Virus record (IMG/VR): IMGVR_UViG_3300006098_000001
Origin: a virus
Direction: 5' to 3' (one strand)
DNA length: 64,000 nucleotides
The notes beneath the pieces were generated by a model that searched no databases, was not told where the DNA came from, and was given only the letters and a program-made list of their open reading frames with translations. Positions 41,786 to 50,632 of the stretch are shown in pieces. Position 1 is the first letter of the stretch; the number at the start of each line of letters is the position of its first letter. The position numbers and the translations under genes were made by a program.

Positions 41786-41873
41786 ATCAATATTATTAGG
41801 CCGTGTGATGTGGGTGCTTCCTAGCTCACGCATTGGTTTAACGTGGGGCGCCCTGATAGGCGCTCTTTTTTTT
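41786..41873 (+). ncRNA. candidate small RNA (about 85 nt)
   Basis: Extended -10 TGCTATAAT (41771-41779). Strong terminator GGGGCGCC-CTGATA-GGCGCTC + T8. No ORF. Confidence 0.45.
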
Positions 41874-41882
41874 ATTTAAAAT

Positions 41883-41922
41883 AAAAGCCACAGTAACTAG
41901 TTTATCTGTTACTGTGGCTTTT
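41883..41922. terminator. bidirectional terminator (ends the parMR operon)
   Basis: 14-bp stem AAAGCCACAGTAAC/GTTACTGTGGCTTT with flanking A/T runs. Confidence 0.75.
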
Positions 41923-41983
41923 CACATTTTATATTACTTTATATGTTTAATTCCGATTAAATCATATATAATCAGATTAAGTA

Positions 41984-42373
41984 TTACGATAACATGTCTA
42001 AATTAGGCCTGTTTTTCAATTTAGAACTCAAAGAACTGTCATCAGTTTTAGAGTCATTATCGTTTTTCTTATTTCCAATTCTTGTCCTTAATTTGCGCTT
42101 GGGCTTTTCTTCAACATCGACATCATCATTCTCTTCTACCGACGTCTTTTCTTCTAGTTTTGAAACTGAGTTAATAGTACCTAACTGTCCATCTAAGCTT
42201 GCACTATCTAAAATAGCTTGGATAAGATCACCAGTTCCATATTTCCTAACTACCATTTCTAATGCCCTAATAGCAGCCGGAGAAAATTGTGACTGGTTTT
42301 TAGACCATTCTGCAACTTTTGAATCCTCGGGAATAAGGATAGTTTTTCTAATCATTTTCGCCATAAAAATCAC
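41984..42373 (-). CDS. ParR-like centromere-binding adaptor (candidate)
   Basis: Directly downstream of parM. N-terminal RHH-like KMIRKTILIPEDSKVAEW; charged disordered C-terminus. Confidence 0.45.
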   Translation of the reverse strand: MIFMAKMIRKTILIPEDSKVAEWSKNQSQFSPAAIRALEMVVRKYGTGDLIQAILDSASLDGQLGTINSVSKLEEKTSVEENDDVDVEEKPKRKLRTRIGNKKNDNDSKTDDSSLSSKLKNRPNLDMLS

Positions 42374-42378
42374 ACTCT

Positions 42379-43590
42379 CTATAAGGCTTCAACAATTACT
42401 TGTAATCCTAATTCATTTAAATATTGTGCATATTCCTTATCAATCCAAATTACTGGAACATCATATCCACCACTGAAGCTCTTAAGTTTTTCGTTCAATA
42501 CTTCGCGAAGATTACTCTCATCTAGCATTGGAATGGAACCACCACCATATACGTAAACAAGTTCAGTATCCTTAGCGATACGCATTGTTTGACTAACTGT
42601 ATCGATAATCTTGTCAGCTAATGGTTCTAATTGGTCGTAAACAACTTGACGTACTTTATCTTGGCGAGCTCGACGCAATGGACTGACCTTTTCAGATAAG
42701 AAACTCTGTAATTGTGAACGTTCCTCAAAATTCATTTGTTGATCTTGAAGAACACGCACTGCATCTTGTAATACATTTCCGTATCCTTGTGGTAACGAAG
42801 CTGATGCTGCTGGATTAGCTTTACCGTTAATAATTGCTACTACATCAGTAGTCCCTTCTCCGATATCAATTCCAAGTACATTTCGTGAATTAATAAGGTC
42901 GTCAGCTCCAACTTCATCCTTCATTTCTGAATAGTTCTTATCAAAGTCTTCCTTAATTTTATCTGTTAATCCATCATAATCGGAGGAAATAAGCATTTGG
43001 GCTGTTTCACCTTCTAATGCAACATATACTTTATTAAATTCAATGGTTACATTAATTGGATCCTTAAAGTTATGGAAAGTTACTGTATGCGTACTACCCA
43101 TGTAACGTTCTTTGTAACGATCTTTTGCATTATTAACCTTACCTTCTGAAATAGGTAACGCAGTCGCCATATTAACTTTTACCTTTAGAGTCTCCTTTAA
43201 GTCTTGTCCAGCTTCATATGCTTCTTTTACTTTCTTCCCAGCTATCAAACTTAAAGTAAGAATAATTGCTAAATCTGTTTCTGATTTACCAGTAAAGTCA
43301 TTAACATCAAAAGCCCTCATAGATAGACCACTGTCGATCGCAGCATTACCAATTAAAAATCTTCCAGAGGTTTTTACTGCATTACTTGACACACTAACGT
43401 CCATGTTATTAAGAAAGTTCTTCATATATGTATCTTGATCTTGTTTAGAATCAAATTCCATAGGAGCTTGTACATCTTGTGGACGTTCTGCTGCTATAAC
43501 TGACGGAAACTTAATATTTTCACCATCAACATTTGCTTTTACAGAACCATATCCCAAATCATTTGCAACCTTCATAATCTTCTCAACCAT
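42379..43590 (-). CDS. parM: ParM/Alp-family actin-like segregation ATPase
   Basis: Phosphate-1 NDLGYGSVK, phosphate-2 LGIDIGEGTTDV, adenosine-like VYGGGS; 403 aa. Confidence 0.8.
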   Translation of the reverse strand: MVEKIMKVANDLGYGSVKANVDGENIKFPSVIAAERPQDVQAPMEFDSKQDQDTYMKNFLNNMDVSVSSNAVKTSGRFLIGNAAIDSGLSMRAFDVNDFTGKSETDLAIILTLSLIAGKKVKEAYEAGQDLKETLKVKVNMATALPISEGKVNNAKDRYKERYMGSTHTVTFHNFKDPINVTIEFNKVYVALEGETAQMLISSDYDGLTDKIKEDFDKNYSEMKDEVGADDLINSRNVLGIDIGEGTTDVVAIINGKANPAASASLPQGYGNVLQDAVRVLQDQQMNFEERSQLQSFLSEKVSPLRRARQDKVRQVVYDQLEPLADKIIDTVSQTMRIAKDTELVYVYGGGSIPMLDESNLREVLNEKLKSFSGGYDVPVIWIDKEYAQYLNELGLQVIVEAL

Positions 43591-43811
43591 TATTTCTACC
43601 TCCGATTTATAACATAATCATATTATATCATACTTAATACAAATTTAAGTGTAACTAAATAAGATATTTTATTTTTTTATATGATATAATCTTCTTTTTG
43701 ATTACCACAATGTTAATAATACTATGTATTTAACATAATGTAAATAACATTTAACACTTTTAGAAAGTTTTATGAAGGCAAATAAAAAACGCTTTGGTAG
43801 CGTTTCATAGT

Positions 43812-44141
43812 TTACTTAAGGCTTTTAGACATGTAGTCCTTTTGCTCTAATATATTATACATTCTATCAAATCGAGTTTTTTCACTCTCGTTTAATTCAG
43901 CAATTTCACTCTCAATCATATGTTCGACAACTGCCTTTGCATTTTTTGCAACACCAAGATTAATTAAGGCAGAAACCTTATTACGAATATGATTGTCAAC
44001 ACGTATATTAACTGGAAAGGACACTTCTTTATTGTCTGTTAAGATGTCTTCTTTTTTTGTTATCTCCTTGAATGATGGCTTTGCATCTACCTCACTATTT
44101 TTCAAGGAATTCTTTGATTTAGCTGGCTTTGATATTGCCAT
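43812..44141 (-). CDS. small RHH-type partition protein (ParG/omega-like)
   Basis: 109 aa immediately downstream of parA (ATGA overlap). FPVNIRVDNHIRNKVSALINLG ribbon-helix-helix-like. Confidence 0.5.
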   Translation of the reverse strand: MAISKPAKSKNSLKNSEVDAKPSFKEITKKEDILTDNKEVSFPVNIRVDNHIRNKVSALINLGVAKNAKAVVEHMIESEIAELNESEKTRFDRMYNILEQKDYMSKSLK

Positions 44142-44953
44142 TATTCATGTGCCTCCTTAATACGCCCTAAAAGTTCAACTGCAACTTCTTTATAAACATT
44201 GAGAGTTTTTTTGTCCCATGCATCTCTATCTTCTGTAATACCTGTGACGTCATAATTTTTAGCTCTTTCCATAATCCTAATATGACTATTAAAAACGTCA
44301 GCTCCCCATTCTTCTCTTGATTTTTCCAAAATCAATTGATCGACTTTAGCATTGTCTTTAGATAAAACAGGAACAACTGCTAATACTTCTGTGTCAGCAA
44401 TATACTCATCAATTATGTCGTCTTGAATATATTCAATAAAGTCTTTTGCATCGTCAAAAGCTCTTTGTTGAGTTTGAAGAACAATTACTAATTCGTCACA
44501 AGCATACAAAGCTGTATCATTTTGTAAACTCAACGTAGGACTAACATCTATAAAAATGTAATCATACTTGTCCTTTATATCACTTAGCTTATTTTTAAAG
44601 GATGCGACACGCTCCTTTTCATTAAGATAAGCATGTTCAAGATATCTAGGATATAGATAAAAATCACTAGCAGTTGGGACAAGATAAAGATTATCCATTA
44701 CCTGAACTGTAACATTATCCAAACTTTCATTATCTTTAATAGCGCTCATTAGCGTCTTGTTAAATGATAAAATCTCATCAGACTTTTGACTCTTTGTCTT
44801 TACCATCAATGTTGTCAAATCTGCCTGTGGATCAAAATCAATTAATAATACCTTATTCCCCATTTTTGCCAAACTATACGCTACCAATGCAGTGGTCGTT
44901 GTCTTACCAACACCACCCTTTTGATTACACATTGAAATTACTTTTGCACTCAT
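44141..44953 (-). CDS. parA: ParA/Soj-family partition ATPase (type Ib size)
   Basis: Deviant Walker A NQKGGVGKTTT; 270 aa. Confidence 0.85.
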   Translation of the reverse strand: MSAKVISMCNQKGGVGKTTTTALVAYSLAKMGNKVLLIDFDPQADLTTLMVKTKSQKSDEILSFNKTLMSAIKDNESLDNVTVQVMDNLYLVPTASDFYLYPRYLEHAYLNEKERVASFKNKLSDIKDKYDYIFIDVSPTLSLQNDTALYACDELVIVLQTQQRAFDDAKDFIEYIQDDIIDEYIADTEVLAVVPVLSKDNAKVDQLILEKSREEWGADVFNSHIRIMERAKNYDVTGITEDRDAWDKKTLNVYKEVAVELLGRIKEAHE

Positions 44954-45129
44954 TTCAATTCCACCTCACCTATTTATTAAGTACTATAATATCAAACCTT
45001 TCGGATTGTGTTAAGTGTAATATGTAATGTATATTATATGAATCGCATAAAACTACACAAAAGTGTTAAATGTGATTTATATAATGCATAATGTGAAATA
45101 TATTATTAATTATAAATTATGTATAAAAC

Positions 45130-45177
45130 ATATCCCATTATATATAATGTTTTTAATACTATACATAATGGGATATA
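45130..45177. repeat. 12-bp inverted repeat upstream of parA (parS/operator candidate)
   Basis: ATATCCCATTAT ... ATAATGGGATAT. Nearby TGTTAA(A/G)TGT(A/G)AT repeats at about 45009 and 45063. Confidence 0.5.
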
Positions 45178-45533
45178 CACGACTTATTAATATCTATTGA
45201 CTTTTTAGGTTTTTGATGGGATTATCTACTTGTAACAACAAACTATCCAAATGTGTTACAGGTGAGAGTTATTTATATGATTGGCTCACACAAAACAATT
45301 TTATATCTGCCCGAAAATAAGTCACTATCAAAGTATATGTTCGTGAGATAGTGTTATTTAAGCGTGATTTAATATGGTTCACGCAAAATATATTGAACAT
45401 TATTGTTATATTGCTATTTAAATTCGGGTATGGTATCTTATATTACATACCACAATAAGTGGTATTTTAGGCGAACCAAGTTTGAGAAGGATTAGGCACC
45501 CTTTGATAACTATTACAACTGAATAAAGAGTAT

Positions 45534-45600
45534 AAAAAAAGACCCAACCATTAGGCATTTGGTTAGATCGACAAAAAAAACTTTTATTCATATATTGTAT
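45534..45600 (-). ncRNA. candidate countertranscript (ctRNA) opposite the repA promoter/leader
   Basis: Minus-strand promoter TTGATT (45634-29), 16 nt spacer, TATTAT (45612-07). Hairpin AACCAAATGCCTAATGGTT + T7 ends near 45534. Confidence 0.4.
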
Positions 45601-45693
45601 GTATTTATAATACCATACTTTGTCGATTAATCAATAGGTTGAGCTTGTTTTCTTATACTCATTTTCAAATAAATGAATTAAGGAGAAACTACA

Positions 45694-46779
45694 ATGAATA
45701 ACCAAAAAGCATTTCTAGGTATCAACCTAGATTTACTCGAAAATCCAAAATATAAGAATTTAGACTCCCGTGCAATGATGTTGTACGCTCTTTACGCTGA
45801 CCGCTATTCTGCATCAATGAATAACGCTCGTTTAGGGAATACTGCATTCGTTGATGACATGGGAGTCTTTATTCGTTTTACTAATGAATTAGCCGCTAAG
45901 GTACTTCACACAACAGCCAAAATGATTAGCAAATTTCGTAAGCAATTAGAATCAGAGAATTTAATTAAGATTGTTCGTGAAGGACTTAAGGGTTACAAAA
46001 TCTATGTTTACCCAGTTCAACAAACACCAAATAATGTTGAGCTTCTTTTGCCATGGAAAAATCATACCATCACTGTACAAAAGACTATTTCTGACTGGAC
46101 TATTGCATCCAAGCTTGAATTCAGTAAAACTCTTAAATTATCTTCTCAAACCATTGATATGACTGTGAAGTCCCAACGGGAATACACGTGCAACCAAAAA
46201 GGGAATACTAGTTTATCTCACTCTAGTTTATCTCATGTATTTTTAAATAATAATGGATTGGATGATAACGCGCGTACGCGTAAGGAAAATGAAATTCAAC
46301 CCAATCAATCAAACAAGAATCCATATCACTCTTTACCAGAAAAGATAAAGAATTCATTTGGTGATGTATTTGGTTTTATTACAAAGCCTATGGCTATTGA
46401 ACTACATTCTCTAATCAGTCAAGCTAACGAAGACATGGTTAACTACGTAATTACAAGCAGCAAAGGTCATAAGGTTACTAATGCTATCGCATATATCAAA
46501 GCCGCTATTACCAATGCTATTAAACGAGGGGATAAGTGCGCCCAAGATATGATTGACTTTTATAACAACAACGTAAAAACTACGTTCTCTAGTTACAAGA
46601 AAAAGCCAGCAAAGCGTTTTATGTCTGAAGAAGAAGTAAATGCTATGGTTGCAAAAGACGAAGAAGAAATGCGCCAAAACAATCCGAAGCTTTACACTCG
46701 TATACAGGAAATTAAGCGTCGCAGCGCAGAAAAGGCACAGAATCGTCCAGAAATTCCAATCTATAAGCTTGAGTTTTAA
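45694..46779 (+). CDS. RepA_N-family plasmid replication initiator with DnaD-like C-terminal region
   Basis: N-terminus FLGINLDLLENPKYKNLDSRAMMLYALYADRYSASMNN...FIRFTNELAAKVLHTTAKMISKFRKQLESENLI matches the RepA_N pattern. Confidence 0.75.
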   Translation: MNNQKAFLGINLDLLENPKYKNLDSRAMMLYALYADRYSASMNNARLGNTAFVDDMGVFIRFTNELAAKVLHTTAKMISKFRKQLESENLIKIVREGLKGYKIYVYPVQQTPNNVELLLPWKNHTITVQKTISDWTIASKLEFSKTLKLSSQTIDMTVKSQREYTCNQKGNTSLSHSSLSHVFLNNNGLDDNARTRKENEIQPNQSNKNPYHSLPEKIKNSFGDVFGFITKPMAIELHSLISQANEDMVNYVITSSKGHKVTNAIAYIKAAITNAIKRGDKCAQDMIDFYNNNVKTTFSSYKKKPAKRFMSEEEVNAMVAKDEEEMRQNNPKLYTRIQEIKRRSAEKAQNRPEIPIYKLEF

Positions 46780-46796
46780 AACAAATCCAGGATTAT

Positions 46797-46835
46797 AAAA
46801 ACGTTACTGGTAGGTGCAAATCTGTGACTTGCTCA
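46797..46835 (+). repeat. conserved element AAAAACGTTACTGGTAGGTGCA + hairpin (copy 2 of 3)
   Basis: Hairpin GCAA-ATCTGTGAC-TTGC. Compensatory change relative to copy 3. Confidence 0.6.
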
Positions 46836-46923
46836 TGCTATTTTTGGTAAGATAACCTCCAGAATGTTGATATGACGCCAAACTCAAAAAGGTAAGAAAA
46901 TCTACATCTTTTTTTGTTGAAGT

Positions 46924-46981
46924 GACCACGAAAAGGTGTAGATTTTCTACCGCCTCGACCACGAAAGGGTGTAGATTTTCT
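46924..46981 (+). repeat. two 25-bp direct iterons (33-bp period) with flanking inverted partial copies; origin candidate
   Basis: GACCACGAAA(A/G)GGTGTAGATTTTCT twice. Inverted AGAAAATCTACAT at 46895-46907 and CGTGGTC at 46990-46996. Confidence 0.7.
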
Positions 46982-47101
46982 TATCAATGCGTGGTCCTTA
47001 TTAATATATAAATATATAAATAAGAAAAGGTATATGAGTAATAGGGAAATAAAAGCCCGCGCGTAGGCGGAGCTTTTCAGAACATATATCACAGGAGGAT
47101 A

Positions 47102-47848
47102 TTGATGAATCTAATCACGAAATACGATAGTTACAAAGAAGGATTGCCAAAAACAGAAATATATGGGATCGTTGACAAGAACATATTCCAAATCAATTTC
47201 GATCTTGAAGTTAATGATAAACTAACCTTTGACGAAATTAGCTTATTTATATATCTGTCTTATATGTCTTCACGAGCAACTATATATAATGGCAAGAGAA
47301 CAGTTATTGGCGCAGATGATGTAAGCCTATATAAACTAATTTATAAAACTAGTAAATTAGCAGGACGTTATCAGGAAAAAATTAGTAAAATCCACAAGTC
47401 ATTAAATCATCTTAAACGTCTTAGACTTATCAAATCGATGTTATACATAGACCGAGAAGATATTATTATACCTGATGTCGAAGATAACTATGGGAGGCTC
47501 TCCCCGGTAACGGTAGAATCAATTATTAAAATCTCTAAGGGCGACGCTTTATTAAAACATATTGGGGTGTATGCTGCTATGAAATCTACTGTTTATGCGG
47601 GAAGCACAAACACCTCTGTAGTTGAAAAAAATTCAAAATATATTGCCCATATGCTAAATACAACTAGTACAACTGTTGACCGACATCTTAAATGGCTGAG
47701 GGATAATAAACTAATTTGTTATTTTCTTTGTGCCTCAGAAAAAGGTACAGTTCGTAAATATTATTATGCCGATCTTCCTGATTGGGAAAATCTAAGAGAT
47801 AATATAAAGACAAAAATCAAAAGGGAACATATTCAATTAATTGCATAA
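47102..47848 (+). CDS. putative replication-associated winged-helix protein
   Basis: Follows the iterons. HTH-like NSKYIAHMLNTTSTTVDRHLKWLRDNKLI. Confidence 0.4.
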   Translation: MMNLITKYDSYKEGLPKTEIYGIVDKNIFQINFDLEVNDKLTFDEISLFIYLSYMSSRATIYNGKRTVIGADDVSLYKLIYKTSKLAGRYQEKISKIHKSLNHLKRLRLIKSMLYIDREDIIIPDVEDNYGRLSPVTVESIIKISKGDALLKHIGVYAAMKSTVYAGSTNTSVVEKNSKYIAHMLNTTSTTVDRHLKWLRDNKLICYFLCASEKGTVRKYYYADLPDWENLRDNIKTKIKREHIQLIA

Positions 47849-47864
47849 ACAGCTTGACTTTCAA

Positions 47865-47903
47865 AAAAACGTTACCGGTAGATGCAGATCTGTGACCTGC
47901 CCA
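47865..47903 (+). repeat. conserved element AAAAACGTTACCGGTAGATGCA + hairpin (copy 3 of 3)
   Basis: Hairpin GCAG-ATCTGTGAC-CTGC. Followed by the terminator CCGTGTTC...GAACACGG + T5. Confidence 0.6.
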
Positions 47904-47955
47904 CCGTGTTCTTGGTACAATAACACCAGCGAACACGGTTTTTATTTTTTAAAAA

Positions 47956-47974
47956 TAATCACAACGAAAATACT
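47956..47974 (+). promoter_or_regulatory. copy of conserved phage intergenic motif (plus orientation)
   Basis: TAATCACAACGAAAATACT, 45 nt upstream of the sigma-like gene. Confidence 0.45.
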
Positions 47975-48018
47975 AAAATAAATTTATTTGATATAAAGAG
48001 AGGGGATACAAAGACAAG

Positions 48019-48741
48019 GTGAACAAAACACTATTTAAAACTGAATTAATGACGTACAAAGAGAGAAAAGAGAACATTGATAAAGAATTGAACCCCAACT
48101 TCTTTGAGGAATTTAATCGTGATGATATCGATAAGGGTAAGACAATGGCAGAAAGCTATTCGGGCTGGTTCAATGATCGAATTGTTCAATACTTAGTACA
48201 CGGGCGCAATATAGATAATCCCAAGGAAACAGATTATCCATTTTATGCGAGTGATTATGATTATTACAGAACAAGAATGGCTAAAGCCACATTGCTAACT
48301 GCGCAGATTGATGATTGGGTTAATCCGATTATGTCAAAGGATTATGAAATAAAAAATCAGGAAAATAAAAAAGAATATATTGAACGCTTATTTGATACAA
48401 ACAATTTAGAAGTTAATGACTTAAGAAATTTTATTAAATTAGGGCTTCACAAGGATCTGAAAAGGTTAAATTTTGAAGATTATTCTTTTGATTTATTACG
48501 AAATCTGCAAGAATTACAAAAAATTGTTTGGATGGGCTGTACAAAAAACACTGATCAAATATTCTTGAATTATTTTGATGGGAAAAGATCAATTAATGAA
48601 ATAAGCGTTATTTATGGTGTTACTCATCAGAATGTTTCAAAAAAATTAACAAGAATTTGCAAAAATGCCTTAAAAAAGTTGCGCGCACATGAAGGGTGCG
48701 CTTGTCTTAATGAGGAAGTAGATAATAAATTATCTGCTTAG
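48019..48741 (+). CDS. sigma-factor-like protein (region 4 HTH), GTG start
   Basis: C-terminal RSINEISVIYGVTHQNVSKKLTRICKNALKKLR resembles sigma70 region 4.2. Confidence 0.5.
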   Translation: MNKTLFKTELMTYKERKENIDKELNPNFFEEFNRDDIDKGKTMAESYSGWFNDRIVQYLVHGRNIDNPKETDYPFYASDYDYYRTRMAKATLLTAQIDDWVNPIMSKDYEIKNQENKKEYIERLFDTNNLEVNDLRNFIKLGLHKDLKRLNFEDYSFDLLRNLQELQKIVWMGCTKNTDQIFLNYFDGKRSINEISVIYGVTHQNVSKKLTRICKNALKKLRAHEGCACLNEEVDNKLSA

Positions 48742-48810
48742 TCGTAAAATACTTGCGTTTGTACCATTTTTCTTCGCGGTTGTTGCGAACCGCGGAGTTA
48801 TGAGGATTAA

Positions 48811-48841
48811 GGGTATTAGTCAGTTCGACTCTGACATATCC
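48811..48841 (+). other. T-loop (TTCGACT) minihelix-like hairpin
   Basis: GGGTAT-(TA)-GTCAG/TTCGACT/CTGAC-ATATCC. Confidence 0.5.
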
Positions 48842-48888
48842 TCACCGTATAAAATAAACATTTTAACAAGAGAGCGAGAGAGAAAAAT

Positions 48889-49155
48889 ATGTTAAACAAG
48901 AAAGATTTAATTGAAATTATTGCAAAGCAACAAGAAACTACAAAGGTTGAAGCTAAGAAGATTGTGGAAGCCTTTACTGATGGTATCAAGTCAATTATGA
49001 AGGATAACAAGTCAGTAAACATTACAGGCTTTGCTAAGTTTGAAAGTAAGTACAAGGAAGCTTACAAGCGTGTGTTTGGTGTAACTGGTGAATTAATTGA
49101 AGTTCCAGCACATCACGTACACAAGGCAACTTTATCAAAGAAGATTGCTGAATAA
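48889..49155 (+). CDS. HU/IHF-family DNA-binding protein (SPO1 TF1-like)
   Basis: MLNKKDLIEIIAKQQETTKVEAKKIVEAFTDGI...ITGFAKFE canonical HU pattern; 88 aa. Confidence 0.85.
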   Translation: MLNKKDLIEIIAKQQETTKVEAKKIVEAFTDGIKSIMKDNKSVNITGFAKFESKYKEAYKRVFGVTGELIEVPAHHVHKATLSKKIAE

Positions 49156-49392
49156 TTAAGTTAACAGTTCATCCGTTAGTCCATGGAGCTATAAAAACCC
49201 ACGATCGAATGGGCTGTTGGGTTGGTTAAGCAGTCCGAACTAAATAATGTCACACGGAAGCGCTCGTGTGATTTTCAAAGCAGATAATAACCAGTGAAAA
49301 CCTCCTTAATAACAAATAAAAAATGAAACTGAGATTATTGTCTGTTGTGAAAACTACACGAGCGTAAGTTATGTGACGAAGGGGACAATCAT

Positions 49393-49563
49393 ATGAATTT
49401 AGATATTGATGTCGCCCTCAAGAAGCATGTTGAGTTCGTGCTTAGAAAAATGGACGAAATTGAAGCGTGCGAAGAACTATCAATTCATAACATGGCAGAC
49501 CTTGACCGGTATGCTCACATATTAAGAAATCTAGCACAAACTCACGAAGCAATTATGAAGTAG
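49393..49563 (+). CDS. small hypothetical protein (56 aa)
   Basis: Own translation MNLDIDVALKKHVEFVLRKMDEIEACEEL...; AAGGGGA RBS. Confidence 0.4.
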   Translation: MNLDIDVALKKHVEFVLRKMDEIEACEELSIHNMADLDRYAHILRNLAQTHEAIMK

Positions 49564-49575
49564 AGAGGTGAGTCA

Positions 49576-50352
49576 ATGGCAGGGAAAATATGTGTCATCT
49601 GTGGTAAAGAAAAAAGGTCTAACCAACTTTTAAGACACAAGAACTTATTATTCGACAATGGTTTTTCTATTTGTCGTGATTGTGCCAATACGGTAGCGGA
49701 TTTTAGTAATGAGGATTCGGTTATTGAAATGGCACAATTCGCAAATATTCCCTTTGTCAAGAACCTTTACATCGATGTAAAGAGAACAAGTAAGAATCCT
49801 AATTTTGGAGAATACTTAAAGAAAATAGCTCCGTATAAGAATTTCAAGACCTTCTCTGATTCTGTATTCACAACAGATCATGCCGAGGAAACAGTAAGCA
49901 TTACCCCCGAATTAGAAAGTAGATGGGGTAAGGGATATAACGAAGAAGAATATGCTTATTTTGAGAATGTGCTACAAGGTCTTATTGCAATTAAACCGGC
50001 AACAACGGCATTTGAGATTCAGAGATATGTTGCCAATGTAAAGTTGAAGGACGCATTGGATAAGGCGTTTATGGATGGAGACTCTAAGGCGATCACTGCC
50101 TTACGTAAAGCATATTCAGAAGATTCAAAGGATTTAGGGTTTGACGCTGTACTTAGTGGGAATGATGACAGTGGAAAGACGTTGGGTCAAAGAATTCAAG
50201 GTTGGGAACTTAGTGAACCTGTTCCAGATAGCGATAAATACGAAGACGCTGCTGGCCTAAAGAAGTACATTGAAAAATGGTTCGTGATTCCTATGAAGAG
50301 AACCTTTGGTGTCGCCTCTGAAAAGGAGGTTGAAAGTCTATATGAAGACTGA
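49576..50352 (+). CDS. putative terminase small subunit (by position) with N-terminal zinc ribbon
   Basis: CVICGKE...CRDC. Immediately upstream of and overlapping terL. Confidence 0.35.
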   Translation: MAGKICVICGKEKRSNQLLRHKNLLFDNGFSICRDCANTVADFSNEDSVIEMAQFANIPFVKNLYIDVKRTSKNPNFGEYLKKIAPYKNFKTFSDSVFTTDHAEETVSITPELESRWGKGYNEEEYAYFENVLQGLIAIKPATTAFEIQRYVANVKLKDALDKAFMDGDSKAITALRKAYSEDSKDLGFDAVLSGNDDSGKTLGQRIQGWELSEPVPDSDKYEDAAGLKKYIEKWFVIPMKRTFGVASEKEVESLYED

Positions 50353-50632
50353 AAAGACACAACAAAAGTCTAGCTATTTTGAAAAACGAGAACGCAACCT
50401 GATGAAATGGGTTGGATATTGGCGAAGAAACCCACAGATATTCGTAAAAGATTATCTTGGAGTTAACCTGAAGCCTTATCAGAAATTGTTGTTTTACATG
50501 ATGAATAAGGTTGATTTCTTCATGTATATTGCGGCGAGAGGTCAGGGAAAAAGTTTCCTTATTGCTTTGTACTGTATTGTCCGGTGTATTTTATATCCTG
50601 GAACAAAAATAGTATTGGCTTCAGGTAAAAAA
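50342..50632 (+). CDS. terL: terminase large subunit, exon 1 (3' boundary approximate, +/-30 nt)
   Basis: Walker A AARGQGKS. Homology-like sequence ends near LASGKK, then reads into a stop at 50714-16. Confidence 0.7.

Noticed and set aside
41994-42476. 160-aa plus-strand ORF
   Set aside because: It is antisense to the ParR-like gene and the end of parM, has low-complexity Ser/Leu-rich content and no RBS.
46838-47092. 84-aa minus-strand ORF
   Set aside because: Its repetitive STPFRGR sequence is just the translation of the 25-bp iterons. There is no RBS.
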